From NCBI GenBank assembly GCA_032718475.1, contig JAUCBJ010003400.1, forward strand, positions 1 to 39,705: a DNA stretch of 39,705 bases. The letters are read 5' to 3'. The position numbers and the translations under genes were made by a program. Shown piece by piece: positions 1 to 11,880 of this stretch. Positions within the stretch are counted from its first letter, which is position 1. Each line of letters opens with the position of its first letter. The DNA comes from Nemertoderma westbladi. Lineage: Eukaryota; Animalia; Xenacoelomorpha. The notes under the pieces were generated by a model that was not told the DNA's origin, ran no database searches, and worked only from the letters and a program-made list of their open reading frames with translations.

Positions 1-3000
1 TTTACCGGGTTTAGGAACGTAATGGTGGGTTAAGTAATACGTTCTTTCAGTCACAGGTGTTTCTTCCGGTACTCTCTCCGCGTATCCCTTACTAATAAAT
101 TTTTCCAGCTGTGTTTGATACATTGCTTTAGCTGAAGAATTAGCCGTAAGGCGTCGATGGAGTTGCGCGATTCTTTTTTCCGCCAAGGGTCTGTTATTGA
201 TGAACTTCGGTTCTCTCTTGCGAAAAGGTAAACCGACTTCATACCTGCCTTGATCTTTGAGGAAACGTGTAGTTGTCTCTTGGATCTGCTTGGCCCTTTC
301 CTCTTCCACCGATAAGGCTTTATCGTAGGAATTGGGCTCTACCGCCTCTTGCGTAAAGAATCGTACCGCATGTTCATCTCGAGTCTTGGCATTGCAACGC
401 TCAATGACGTCATTTAACTCGTCGTTATAAGCTTCTCGTTCAGATGGATAGAGAAGTTGACATAAGTTAACTTGGTTTTGCCAAGCCTCGTTTTCCTTAA
501 GGAGATCGATGGTATTCTCCTCATCAAAAAGCTGGTGAACGTCGTCGTTATCTGAGGAGTATGGAGTTCCCTCAGTTAAATCGTCTCCTTCACTAGTATC
601 ATCTTCCCATTCACTCACCTGGCAGACGCGCTCTTGCGGTAGTCTTTCTTTGAGTGTTCTACGGGAAGGGCCAGTAAAGTACCAACCTACTCTAGTTCTT
701 ACCGCATAGGTCTGTAGGGGCTGCGGTTGAGCAGGCCGTTTCTCTAATGTCTCCAGCGCCTCATGCGCGTTTTGGCCGATGAGTATTTGCACTCCAGGAT
801 AATCAGTCTGGAATCGAGGTATGTTAAGATGTTGGATGCTCTCATCCTCGTCCCAATTATAAAGGTCTGCTTGAGTAGTAGCGAAGTTCTTTATAGCCAC
901 CATTTTCACTGACCTTATGCTATGTTCTCCTAGTTCGTCCTGGGGGGTGGACAACGCTCCTACATAATAATCCGCTGTTATTGTAGATTTCCAAACTTGC
1001 ATAATGCCGGACATGTTGAGCTTAGTTTGGAACTTGGGTTGTCCAGCAAATATATCTTCGGCTAGCTCTTTGTCGATGAATGTTCCTGTACTACCGGAGT
1101 CAAGGAGGGCGTTCACTACATAACTCCTCTTAGGTCCGTGAACCCTTACTTGCACCACAGGAAACTCTCGGATCCCTACATTGGAAGATGGCTCTTTCCA
1201 AGATGGTTGTCGCTCAGAAGTAGTTAGAGTGAAGTCGTTGTCTGGATCCTTTTCATATGTCAGTGCTCGATACACTGCGGTATTTATCATGTAACAGGAT
1301 TCGTTTTCGTCGGAGAACTCGTCTGTATAGAATCCTTCCATCTCAGATTGATCAGTGTCGTTCACATCACTGAATTGGACATGTAGCTCGGAATCACTTA
1401 CCTGATTCGGACTATTTCGCTCGAATTCAGCGTGCAACAAGATATGATGTTTCGCACCACACTTTGCACACCTTATGTCAGAGAAACAGGTTCGTCGTTG
1501 GTGTCCTTGTCTGAGGCAATTATAACATAACCGCTTATCCCACATGACTTCGCGTCTCTCCGTTAATGACTTCTTCAGGAATTCATCACACATATTCAAA
1601 CGGTGGGTCCCGTCACACAGCGCACATTTCGGTTTGATGTTACTTACCTTATTTTGAGTCACATTGTGTACACTTGCCTTTTCTTCGGGCTTTCTCACCG
1701 GAATTCTCTTGGGAGACGTGGGAGGAGTTTTTCTTACCTGTTCTCTCCTGTCATTTGCTCGAGACTTGAATTTACTCACCTGATCTTTAGGCATTTTATT
1801 GACATAATAAGATCTATCAGTGTCTTTCCCGCTATCTTCTCCTTGAGAAGTCTGGCTTTCGCCGTCGTCTGTATAACACACTGGTGTTACCTTTCTCCTA
1901 GAGACGGGTTTTTCACTTACCTTGTTTTCCGGTGTCTTCTCTCTAGACAGTTTCAGGAGCTGTAATTTCACTTCTCCATCTAGGAATGACATGAGATCAG
2001 CCATGGTAGGGTCTCGTCGTTGTTGTTCCATCATATATAGTACTTTCTTATCCCAGCGTGTGCCTACCCCACCTTTCGGTAAAGTAGAAGCCACAGCTCC
2101 AATGACCATAGAACTTTGGTATTCATGAGACTTACCTAACCAATCTAATTGTCTACAGATCTCTTGAATCTCATCGGAAAACTCTATTATCCCACTGCTG
2201 ATGAACTTTCTGGGCGCTACTAATTTTGCATATAAATACTAAGCGATATTATTCCTATTACCATACCTGATGTTTAGTGTGTCCCAAACTTGTCTTAATC
2301 CGTCTGGATGTCCAATAAACTTTAACGCCATTGACTTGGGAGATCCTTCCAAGCACTCTATGAGGAATCTAACTTTCTCTCCATTAGATAGTACAGAGTT
2401 CTGTATGTTATCTTTGTAATATTCATTAAAAGGTAACCATTTCATCTCATCTCCATTGAACTTGACGATCTCTCCCACCTTTACCGCTTGCCGGGCTTCG
2501 GTTCTAGCCATTTGGCGCGTAAAACTTTCTTGGGCCATCGTGTTATTTAATATCGAGTTATCGGTATATAAATGTCTCTGATTATGATCAGCTCTATAGG
2601 GAATGTCATTATCAACAGGTATATAATTACCCTTAATAGGGTTCACTATAGGAGTTTCTACTTCACTAGCAGTATATATGCGTGTAGGCTCCACACCTTG
2701 CGCATGAGATACTTCAGACCTAACAGGCTGACACATTGTTACCGAGGGTGGTGGTATACCCCTTTGTGTATTTACTAATTTATCGCGTTCTAGCGCGATA
2801 CTTTGCTGCACTTCTTGCAACTCTAGCCTACTTTCCCTTACTGTGCCCTTGAATTGCTGGACAGTCTCCTGCATCTGCCCGAGCAGGAGATCCATCCCCC
2901 GCCGTCTCTCGTCCACCCATTCGACCGCCGAAGCGGGAGTCGCCAACGTTGTAGCGAGCGGACGAGGGACAACGGGCGACAAATCAGGAATATTTCGCTC

Positions 3001-4878
3001 GGGGTCCAGGACCTGAACTGTCTCCTGGGCAGTTCTACGGGGCACAGGTAGCTTAGTGCTATGCAGAGGGAATTTAGAGGTAGTTTCAGGGAGCACAGGT
3101 GTGTCTATCACCGAAGGGGTGATTTCAAGAACAGGCCTAATTATTTCAGGCTCATCTACTATAGTAGGGAGTCTTTCTATTTTAATTATTTGGTCTGTGG
3201 GCTCTGTACTACCTAAGTTGGTGTTATTTAGTTGCCTTCTAACAGCTGGAGGCAAATCAGGCAATTTCTGACGGTGGAATGTTCTTTTACGTCTACTTAG
3301 ACGAGATCTATTTCCCTTGCCTTCAGTATCGGTGGTATCGCCTTCCTCAGATGATGTATATCCCTGTCTTTTGGGAGTAGATCGATTCATCATCTGCATA
3401 TTACTAGCTGCTAACTGTTTATTTATGCAGTCTTGATTCTCCTGAATGTTTTCCAATTCTAATTGGGTGGTTTCGTCAGCCGCTTTCCTTTCTGCTTCTG
3501 CCACTTTTGCCTCTGCCGCTGCCGCTGCCTCTGCCGCTTTTGCCTCTGCCGCTGCCTCTGCCGCTTTTGCCTCTGCCGCTGCCTCTGCCGCTTTTGCCTT
3601 GGCCGCTGCCTCTGCCGCTTTTGCCTTGGCCGCTGCCTCTGCCGCTTTTGCCTTGGCCGCTGCCGCCTTTCTTTCTGCTTCTGCAGCTACCACTGCTGCT
3701 TTCTTTCTGTCTTCTATACGTTTTTTCTTTACTTGTTCTTCTTGGACTCGTGTGATGCGGAGTTGTTCATCAAATTTAGCCTGATTCGCAGCCCTCATTT
3801 CCACATCGATGGCATCCAACACAAGCTTGGTTCCTTCACTATTAGGGCTAAGTCCCTCTAACCTTCTCCTCAACTCGTCATCACCTAAAAAACGTTGATA
3901 GTCTGACAGATAGATGTCAATGGCATCCCTCTTATGCGGTTTCTCTGCCGTCGCTTCATTTTCCACTTGGGAAAAAGTAGCGTCTGTTGATTCTCCATGG
4001 GTTGAGCGCTCCTCCAGCTGAGCTTTCCACTGAGCTGTTCCTTGAACCTGGAGACTCACCCTTTGAAACCAAGTCTTTACGGCAACTTGCAACGACGTGT
4101 CTTGCCTTCGTTTAGAAGCCTCTTCAAAGTCCGATAATATTAGCCTGATTCGTAGAATTCTTTCTCTAACTTGATAAAGCAGTTGTCCCTGCTCTTGAGG
4201 TCCTTGTGGTTGTTGAAACAGTTGTCCTTTTACTCGCTCCATAGAGCTGAAGAATCCCTGTGCGTATCCGGCTGCGGACCTCTTCCACACAGCGGGATCG
4301 ATGGTTTCCTTGGCTACTCCCATCCGGTGTATGTCTTCCCAGGCAGCTTCTGATAAATCAAACGGGAGTCCGGGTCCGGGGAAGTTCCATTGCGACTCAA
4401 CCATGGACTTCAGTTCTTCCCTTGTGTATCCAGCATAACTATCTCTAGTTGAACGCTGGCTTCTCGCCCAATCGATCTGGTGTTCTTCCACAGCGATCAA
4501 TAACCTAGTGAGTACGGCTGCAGGAAGGATGAGAAGGGGATCCGAATAAACCGCATCCATCATCTTTGCTCCGCGTTCTGGTGTCAGTTCTACAGTGTCC
4601 TCACTACTGGAGCTGTTGGGCCGTTGAGAAGTAAGCTCTTGGCTCGCGGGTTGTTGCTGTTCCGCTGCTTCTTGGTCCCGCTTGACCTGAGCTCGAGTGC
4701 CTATGATAGACCTACGATGTTGGACCAGCCTAGGTTCTTTTATTACTACTGGAGGGATGACCTTCCTCACAGTGGGAGGTGAACTGAACTTACGACTAGA
4801 CGGTTCTACGCCTCTATCTGAGTCGCAGATAGTTACATCTAATAAACTGTCTGACAGGTTCTGCTTAGTATCAGACAT
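1..4878 (-). pseudogene. Bel/Pao gag-pol polyprotein ORF with one in-frame TAG at 2239-2241
   Basis: The 879-aa ORF ends in a DUF1759-like segment (KFNGDEMKWLPF...EKVRFLIECLEG...LNIRYGN). The same frame continues after the TAG (YLYAKLVAPRKF...) through three Bel-type zinc knuckles (CALCDGTHRLNMC; CYNCLRQGHQRRTC; CAKCGAKHHILLH, about 1435-1630), the aspartic protease motif ALLDSGS (1090-1110), ILIGQ, RTRVGWYFTGP, RYEVGLPF and YYLTHHYVPKPGK at the window edge. Confidence 0.92.
3500..3670 (-). repeat. 27-bp coding tandem repeat in Gag encoding (A[K/E]AKAAEAA)n, about 6 copies
   Basis: + strand unit gccgctgcctctgccgcttttgcct(ct/tg); it explains the low-complexity antisense ORFs in the track. Confidence 0.95.
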
Positions 4879-4959
4879 GCTTATGTGTACAGTTGAATGT
4901 CTACTGCTGTATTACAGTCTGAGCAAGTCTAGTAACTCAGTATTAACTGCTAGCCTAGT

Positions 4960-5265
4960 AATTAATTACCGGTACTGCTACTCAGTGTAGCGTGATATAT
5001 ATAATATATTAGAATACCGGTATGCTTATAGTATATATAACTATATAAGTATTATTACAGACTAGGTTTATCACAGAATACCGGTATAATTTTAGCACAA
5101 ATATATATAAATATATAATAGGCCTATCGGAATACCGGTATACAGTTTACAGTTTGTAGTATATATAATTCTGGAATAGAATTAATTACAAGTACCGGTA
5201 TAATTTCAGCCTAAATTTATAGAAATAAAGATAATAGGCCTATCGTAAATACCGGTATATCAATT
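4960..5265. repeat. Degenerate 55-60 bp repeat (about 117-bp dimer) built around the palindrome TACCGGTA, just upstream of the gag ATG
   Basis: TACCGGTA at about 4968, 5015, 5079, 5133, 5193 and 5250. The block taccggtataattt...ataataggcctatcg..aataccggtata occurs twice. Confidence 0.75.
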
Positions 5266-6190
5266 ATTTTAAATAATTGAATTTCTAAATTTTAGGGTTA
5301 CTTTGTTACTTTACTTACTTTATTACCGTTTTTTGAGCAGTAATCCAACTGATATTGAGACCTAATGGTTGTATGGTAGGCCTACGATTTATAAATCGTT
5401 AGATTTGATTTATAATATATATATACCCGTTTTAATGGGTTTTGTCAATGTTTGAAATAAATTTTATTATTTCTGGGGAGTAATCACTACACAAAGCGGT
5501 GCGCTTTCAGTGAAGTGTTACTTATAGGACACTAAAACAAATAATACTAATTTACCTAAGTTACTTAATACTACAAATTACGTACAATTCGGGTGAGATT
5601 ACAATCTCTAAATAAACACAAAAATTTACAAAAACACAAAATACGAATTTTCAGGGTAATTTTACAAGAAGTCTACAAACCAGCCTAACAAAGGGTTAGA
5701 ATCTGGTTATTACAATGGACAGGGTACTGCGGTATTTGAAAATAATACGTAGTAGTAAATACACTGCGTTGTCCAGATAGGAAAATACCACCGCCTGACG
5801 ACCTATAGCCGTATCGCTATAGGTTCTACGTTATGTATCACGGAGTGTTCCTACCTAGAAGTTAATAGAGCTAATCGAACGTGCCTATCAACCACTTTAC
5901 AACACAAATATAATGCCTACACTAATTACTTTCGGAAAGCACTGTACACTAAACCCTAAATTAGGTACGAGTACTGCTTGTACAACATATAATCAGTAGT
6001 TAAATATACTTGAACAGCTAAAAGAACCACGGCATCTGCTGGAGTGACCGGTGCACAAAATCACCAGTCTTTACCTACGCCAAGCAGCCCGTGTAGTACC
6101 GGGGTTAATTTAACTATAGCGGTATGTATAACAAACACAATTACTGTAGGAACAAACTTGGGGAATGAATGTTGCGGATAATCGCATAAA

Positions 6191-6770
6191 CTCTGAATAA
6201 TAAATATTACGCTACGCGTACAAACTACTCAAACAAAATGCAGACCGAACACTGACAGACTACTATCAAGCCTAAACAAACTACGGTATATGCAGACTCC
6301 GAAATAATTAGGTAGTATGCGTTCTAACCCAGTAGTACGACTTATTCTTTAGTTGGGGGTTTACCTTACAGCATTCGCTGCCCCTACTTCCTAACCGTTC
6401 TTTATCGGACAAGTGATCTACACACGCTGCAATCCGTTCAGACCTAATAACAGCCAGACAACTATCCAGCCTACAAATTATCTAAATAAATATTATACGC
6501 TACCTGTACAGACTTACACAAACAAATTACAGACTCAACGATGGCAGACTACTCTCAAGCCTAAATAAACTACAGGACATGCAGACTCAGAAATGATTAG
6601 GTAGTATGCGTTCTAACCCAGTAGTACGACTTATTCTTTAGTTGGGGGTTTACCTTACAGCATTCGCTGCCCCTACTTCCTAACCGTTCTTTATCGGACA
6701 GGTGATCTACACACACTGCAATCCGTTCAGACTTAACAGCAATCAGACAACAGTTCAACCTACAAATTGT
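6191..6770. repeat. Tandem duplication, period 289 bp, in the Bel leader, with a 105-bp identical core
   Basis: 6307-6411 is identical to 6596-6700; the flanking parts of each unit show many substitutions. Confidence 0.95.
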
Positions 6771-6940
6771 CTGCACAATCTGATCAGGCTTACACGCCTT
6801 CTGCTCAATACTGGCCTACAAATAAATAAAACTGACAGAAATAAGTGAGCTCCAAAAGAAACAAGGGGTGTACAGTCCCTAATCTCTTAAACAGCCTACC
6901 GGTATACAACAATCAAATCGAATAATACTAATGTACTTAT

Positions 6941-7066
6941 ACGGAAGTACCGGTTAGGACAGTTAGGCCTACGGACCTACAGAAGTACCGGTTCTGGCAG
7001 TTGGACCTACGGACCTACGGCAGTACCGGTTCTGGCAGTTGGGCCTACTGACCTACAGATGTACCG
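6941..7066. repeat. 38-bp tandem repeat, about 3.3 copies
   Basis: Unit ac(g/a)g(a/c)agtaccggttctggcagttgg(a/g)cctacggacct, with variants. Confidence 0.9.
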
Positions 7067-8327
7067 TTCAGGTTTACCGGTTGACCGGTACTTTCAACTT
7101 TATTGCTTACTGCAATAAAGAAGCTATATCCGTTATTGTTAGCGCTTTCATACCTTTGGCAGTTTAACCCGCCAAATTAGGATGTCTTCTAGATAATAAA
7201 TCACCTTTAGCCTATGACAAGTATTTAATTCACTACACTAGTCGAAACCAATCTGTGCGCGATCATTCACCCGCTGGATATACCCGGGAGATTGGGTTCG
7301 ACGGCTTAATCTTATTGCTATGTAAGCCTAATGTATTATTCGACTGACAGTATTATATAATCTCTGACAATATTATTCACCTTCGGGAAATATTAACAGT
7401 TCCTTTAGGACGTGGCGCTCTATCTATATAAACAGAGTTATGACTTAAACTACTCACAACGATATGGCTTAGTTATAATTCACATATATGGCGCATTCTT
7501 TAGGAAATGCTTCGTTATCAGGCTCACTCACACACAATGCTGCACAATACTGCACACTGATCTGCCGATCTTCACTGATTTTAGTTATATATAAAAGGAA
7601 CACGGACTGACTCATGTAGGGTCTATCAAATAACATTAGATTCACTTCAAACCACTTTAACATAAGTCACAATCGTTATATGTAACCTTTCTCTCTTACC
7701 TTCGGTATATCAAGAATATTGGGTTTCGGGGTTATTTATCGTTATTCCAAATATAATAATTCATCAACCATATTATGAAGAACTGACAGTAAATAGCAGT
7801 ATAACAATATAAAGTATGCACAGGTTGTTTGATTGTTTGGTTTGGATGGATAACCAGTTTGTTATGGTTTGAATTGATAACGGATATATGTCCTTATAAT
7901 TAAGCCTACTAGTGTTCGACTAAAAACAGAAAGGCACAAAATATTTCCAAGCCGTTCTCTCCTGGCTTAGGAAAGAAAGACCAACAACACTGAAAACTGA
8001 TAAGAATAACCTTATTTACAAAGGCTTCCACCCAACACAGAGAAAGAGCATACAGATAGGAAAATTCAGTTCAGTAGATCTGTGATAGGTCGAAATCAAA
8101 ATCAACTCAAATCCTATTGGCAGATACAGACAGCAGGGCTGGGGGGCAACTTTCCCAAGCTGGTTGGACAATCAAACGTAGCCTAGATCCCTTCGCACAG
8201 CAAATCAGCCAATCAGCCGGTAGCTTGCACTATTCGAGTTATAGATCCCTTTTTAGAGTATTCTAGCGACTGGGGGGGAACGGGTTAGCAAGGCAAACGA
8301 ATCAGTTATCCCACAAAAGCTTTTACA

Positions 8328-8900
8328 CCTGACTCCTTGTGTTCGTCCAATTGAACCAATCCAATGCCGTCCCACGAACCCCGATATAATTATCCATGAT
8401 ATATATTAGTTTATTTTGATCGACAGTGCCAAATGCGGCACTCAGATCTAATAATATCAGAAGCACTGTTGAGCCACCATCAATTTCATGCAATATATCG
8501 TTGTTGACCTTCAATAAAGCAGTTTCAGTGCCATGGAACTGCCGGTAGGCACTCTGCATTGGCTCATATAAACCATGTAGATTGAAAATGTGTAATTAGC
8601 TGCTGTGCTACCGCCCTCTCAACTAGCTTCGATATAAATAATAAGTTAGATAATGGTCGAAAATTCTTAAATATTTCGGGATCCATGCTGACTTTCTTTA
8701 AAACCGGTGTGAGTAGCCTCCTTTAGTAAATAGGGTACAGTCGCAGTTGTTATAGATAGATTTATTATCAATGTTATGATTGGCAGAAGCAGATCTATTG
8801 ATAATTTGAGAACTCGTGTCGGCAATGGGTCGTGGGGGCTAGATTTCGATTTCGACTCTTTTATAAGAGTAGCAGTTTCATCCATTGGTTGTGCTAGATT
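8328..8900 (-). mobile_element. CR1/L2-group LINE reverse transcriptase fragment, frameshifted, truncated at the Bel boundary
   Basis: SSPHDPLPTRVLK...IINLSITTATVP; QSAYRQFHGTETALLKVNNDI; LILLDLSAAFGTVDQ; GVRGTALDWF. Confidence 0.9.
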
Positions 8901-8949
8901 TTTACAATGTTCAGTAAAAGTGTCATATTTATGTGTATAACACTAGAAA

Positions 8950-9195
8950 GGTCCGACCATTTTACGCCCGATCATTTTATATGCCCGACCATTTTATATG
9001 CCCGACCATTTTATATGCCTGACCATTTTATGTCAACATGTGTATTATTCATCGTGTTAATGCTGCTCTGCCATCTTATATAAGGCGCATGTATTATGTA
9101 TCCCGGTTATTGATATGTATATCGATGTACTATGTACTATCAGATCCGACCATGCTATGCCCAACCATTTTATATGCCCGACCATGTTATGTCAA
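8950..9195. repeat. Short cccgaccattttatatg repeats, probably subterminal repeats of a non-autonomous DNA element
   Basis: About 8 degenerate copies at 8953-9032 and 9145-9192. Confidence 0.6.
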
Positions 9196-9219
9196 TATTA
9201 TGTATTTCGGTTAGTGTTA

Positions 9220-9601
9220 GGGGCCGTCCAAGTATGACGTCAGCACTTTAGGGGGGGGAGGGGGGTTGGGAAAATCTGATGACGTGCTGATGAGGGGAGG
9301 GTAGGGGGTCAGCCAAAATCTGACGTCAGCATGTTCATTTATAGGTGCTAGAAGAGATATAGCAGAAGAGTAAATAGCTTGCCTATTTTAATTGTTCGAA
9401 GCCCCCGAAGGCCCGTAGCACGACCTTCTGTTTCAGTTACCAGTCACCATGTTTCAGTGATAAGGACGCGAATTTTTTCTCGAATCTGATTTAGGGGAGG
9501 GGGGGGGGGGGGGTCAACGCCTATCTGATGACATCTGATTTAGGGGAGGGAGGGGGTCAAAATTTTGGGGAAAAGTGCAGACGTCATACTTGGACGGCCC
9601 C
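9220..9601. mobile_element. PIF/Harbinger-type MITE (382 bp)
   Basis: TIR GGGGCCGTCCAAGTATGACGTC(A/T)GCACTTT ... AAAGTGCAGACGTCATACTTGGACGGCCCC, with TTA target duplication at 9217-9219 and 9602-9604. Confidence 0.92.
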
Positions 9602-10381
9602 TTATGTTTCTCGGCAGTATGTACTATCGTTTGCCATATATATTTTTATCAAATTTGTCAAATAAAGCCGCCGGGGCCTTAAACCGGATGTTGAATTGAA
9701 TTGAATCGTGATCAGCGACCTCGAAAAGCCTTATACCACCAAAATTGAAATTTTTCAGCCAAAATCTAAAAAAAATGCTAAAATAACCTCCCCCCCCCCC
9801 TGTTAATTACATTGTAAAATAGCCCGGGCTGGAGGGTTACATTTTCCACTTTATACTCAATGTAGATGTAGAATATGCATTAGCACTTATTGCTGTGCCA
9901 TCAGCATTTACATTTAGATATATTGCATTGCAGCCTTGCCGAAATCTGTTACTGTACTAGTACTCCTGCTAGAGATCACAAGACTAACAGGTCTATCTAT
10001 ATTGTACAGTACATGTACACCAACTAACCAACAATAACATCCACATTTGGAGTATCCAGTGGTTTCCAATTTTGGTTGTTAGGCCGAGTCGACGACGAGG
10101 CCGACTACCCCATATACAGTTATTCCAGTAACGGTCATCAGCTACTACAGGCCCTGAGTTACTACCGGGGTCTCGGGTGCTACAGTACCATGGGTCCCTC
10201 AAGTTACTGTACCACGGTTGTCACTCACTACCACGAGCTGTAGGCCACGAGATCAAAGAGAGTTAACATGAACAAACCTAATTATAGGACAACTATAAAA
10301 TTCAGGTCAAAACATAATTAATATTTGAGTTCCGCCCCTTTCAATATATCTATTTATCTATATATTAAAATCTATTTCTAG

Positions 10382-10536
10382 ATGGGTACTTTACGAACAC
10401 GAGTTTGACGGGGTAACTGATATTCTAGATCCTGGGAGTTATTCATCCGATCACCTGTCTACTTCTCGTATAATGAGCTCTCTGAGAATCATCCCAACGG
10501 ACAGCATAATATTATTCTCTGAGCCGTACTATACAG
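10382..10536 (+). CDS. Host gene internal exon A, beta/gamma-crystallin domain protein (phase 2 to phase 1)
   Basis: tttctAG acceptor and ACAG|GTATGG donor. Translates WVLYEHEFDGVTDILDPGSYSSDHLSTSRIMSSLRIIPTDSIILFSEPYYT(G), with Greek key signatures WxLYE..F.G, L.PG.Y, SSLR.I and I.LF....Y.G. Confidence 0.85.
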
Positions 10537-10648
10537 GTATGGGAACACCCAACGCAACATAATATTTTAAAAGTATGCTTATATTATATCGAATTACAGT
10601 AAGTAATATAGACTTTGCTTTGTTTGGCAGTTTGCAGGTGCGGCACCA

Positions 10649-10845
10649 TGGTTAGGGGCAATCTTCGCCCGCGGAAAATCTTCGCCCGTGTCCAACCCTC
10701 GCCCGGTTGGAGGAAAGGAGCAGGTTACTGAGACGGCAGGTTACTTTTTCTAACCAGAACAATAAGCGGTGTTGTTAACATCCATTTTCAGGGCGAATAT
10801 TGCTCCGGCCGAAAATTGGACGTGGGCGAAGTTTGCTGCGTACCA
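10649..10845. mobile_element. Small degenerate MITE with inverted subterminal TTCGCCC/GGGCGAA repeats
   Basis: Left end ggcaatcttcgcccgcggaaaatcttcgcccgtgtccaa; right end ttggacgtgggcgaagtttgc; no clear TSD. Confidence 0.6.
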
Positions 10846-11639
10846 GCGCCATACCCTATAGGGGAGGGGATGCTGCTCTGTCAATCAGAGGTAACATCCA
10901 GTAGGGTAATGATTTACCACCGGGGCTCCAAGAGTCTGATACCAATTATCAGATAGGTTGATAATCAACTATTATACACATTAGACAGATATACGCATTT
11001 ATGGCCTTAGTTACTACTGTATATATTTATAAACCTGACAGGTAGTTGAAAGTGGTCTATTTATACTGGAATAATAGTTTGTGGTGACATATTTTATTAA
11101 TAAATATAGAATGCCCGAGCGATGGTGACGGAGTCTATCCAATCCCTTCCAGTCAGAAGCTAGTTGAATAACAAACCAGTCCCAAACCTGCTTATTTCCA
11201 CTGTCATCTGCTGGCAAGTCAACAACCGCCTCACATATCCTTGATCATAATTTTGTCAGTCTGTCCAGTGCACATTTTGTAACCTTTGTTTTGTCAGCCC
11301 GATATAGAAGGCGTGGCAGTGTATGTTGCAGCAGACAACATATATAACAAGGGTAGACTTACAGGTGTATAGGCCCCGGATTCTGGTGCCACAAGGGGTT
11401 ACGTCAGAATTTAGTAATGTTGTGCATGTTTAGGCAACTGGGGGCGCCAGGCAAGCATGGTTACCTGTCCTATTATCCTTGGCTATTATTCTATTTTGTA
11501 TGAGCTGTTACCAATGGAACCGGTGTTAGTGGCTGTTACATAGTATGTCACTGGAACTTACATATTTGCGAATAATTTTGTTTATGTTTCCGCGTAAATG
11601 TATTCATTCCAAGACATTCTTTGAGTTATCTATTGCGTT

Positions 11640-11880
11640 AGATCTCTGTAAGCACGTCCAAGAATATCAGAGATGTGTATGAAAACTCATTGTAAATTGG
11701 ATATCGTTAGTACCATAGAGTTCCATTGCTGCAGCGTTAATTATTTTAAGAAAACAGTCTAAATCCGCCGTTGGTTAGATGTGTTGTGATGATAGAACAA
11801 CTGTCATCAACAAAACGTTTGTAATATAGGATTGGGAATTTATGTCTATGCCAACCAACCCAGTGGTATAATAAATGGGA
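11640..11880 (-). mobile_element. Penelope-like element RT fragment
   Basis: ILYYKRFVDDSCSII (motif C), followed after frameshifts by NDIQFTM and FLDV, the typical PLE RT order. Confidence 0.75.

Larger units (their letters stand above)
1..8327 (-). mobile_element. Bel/Pao LTR retrotransposon, 5' part (putative 5' LTR and long leader, gag, protease, start of RT region); runs off the left edge
   Basis: Bel-type Gag/protease motifs in 1-4878. The right boundary is tentative: the minus strand begins TGTAAAAGC at 8327, exactly where the adjacent LINE RT fragment is cut off. The inner LTR end, PBS and TSD could not be identified. Confidence 0.85.

Noticed and set aside
3446-3861. Plus-strand Ala-, Cys/Arg- and Pro/Leu-rich ORFs
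   Set aside because: Antisense shadows of the 27-bp Gag repeat.
7840-7990. Candidate primer-binding sites for the Bel element (minus TGGTTATCC at about 7856; TGGTCTTTC at about 7983)
   Set aside because: Neither matches a tRNA 3' end I can recognise; the inner LTR boundary cannot be set without the second LTR.
11298-11364. Possible extra exon PDIEGVAVYVAADNIYNKG
   Set aside because: The open frame needs phase 0 entry while exon A ends in phase 1; donors are weak; exons A and B already join into a continuous motif.
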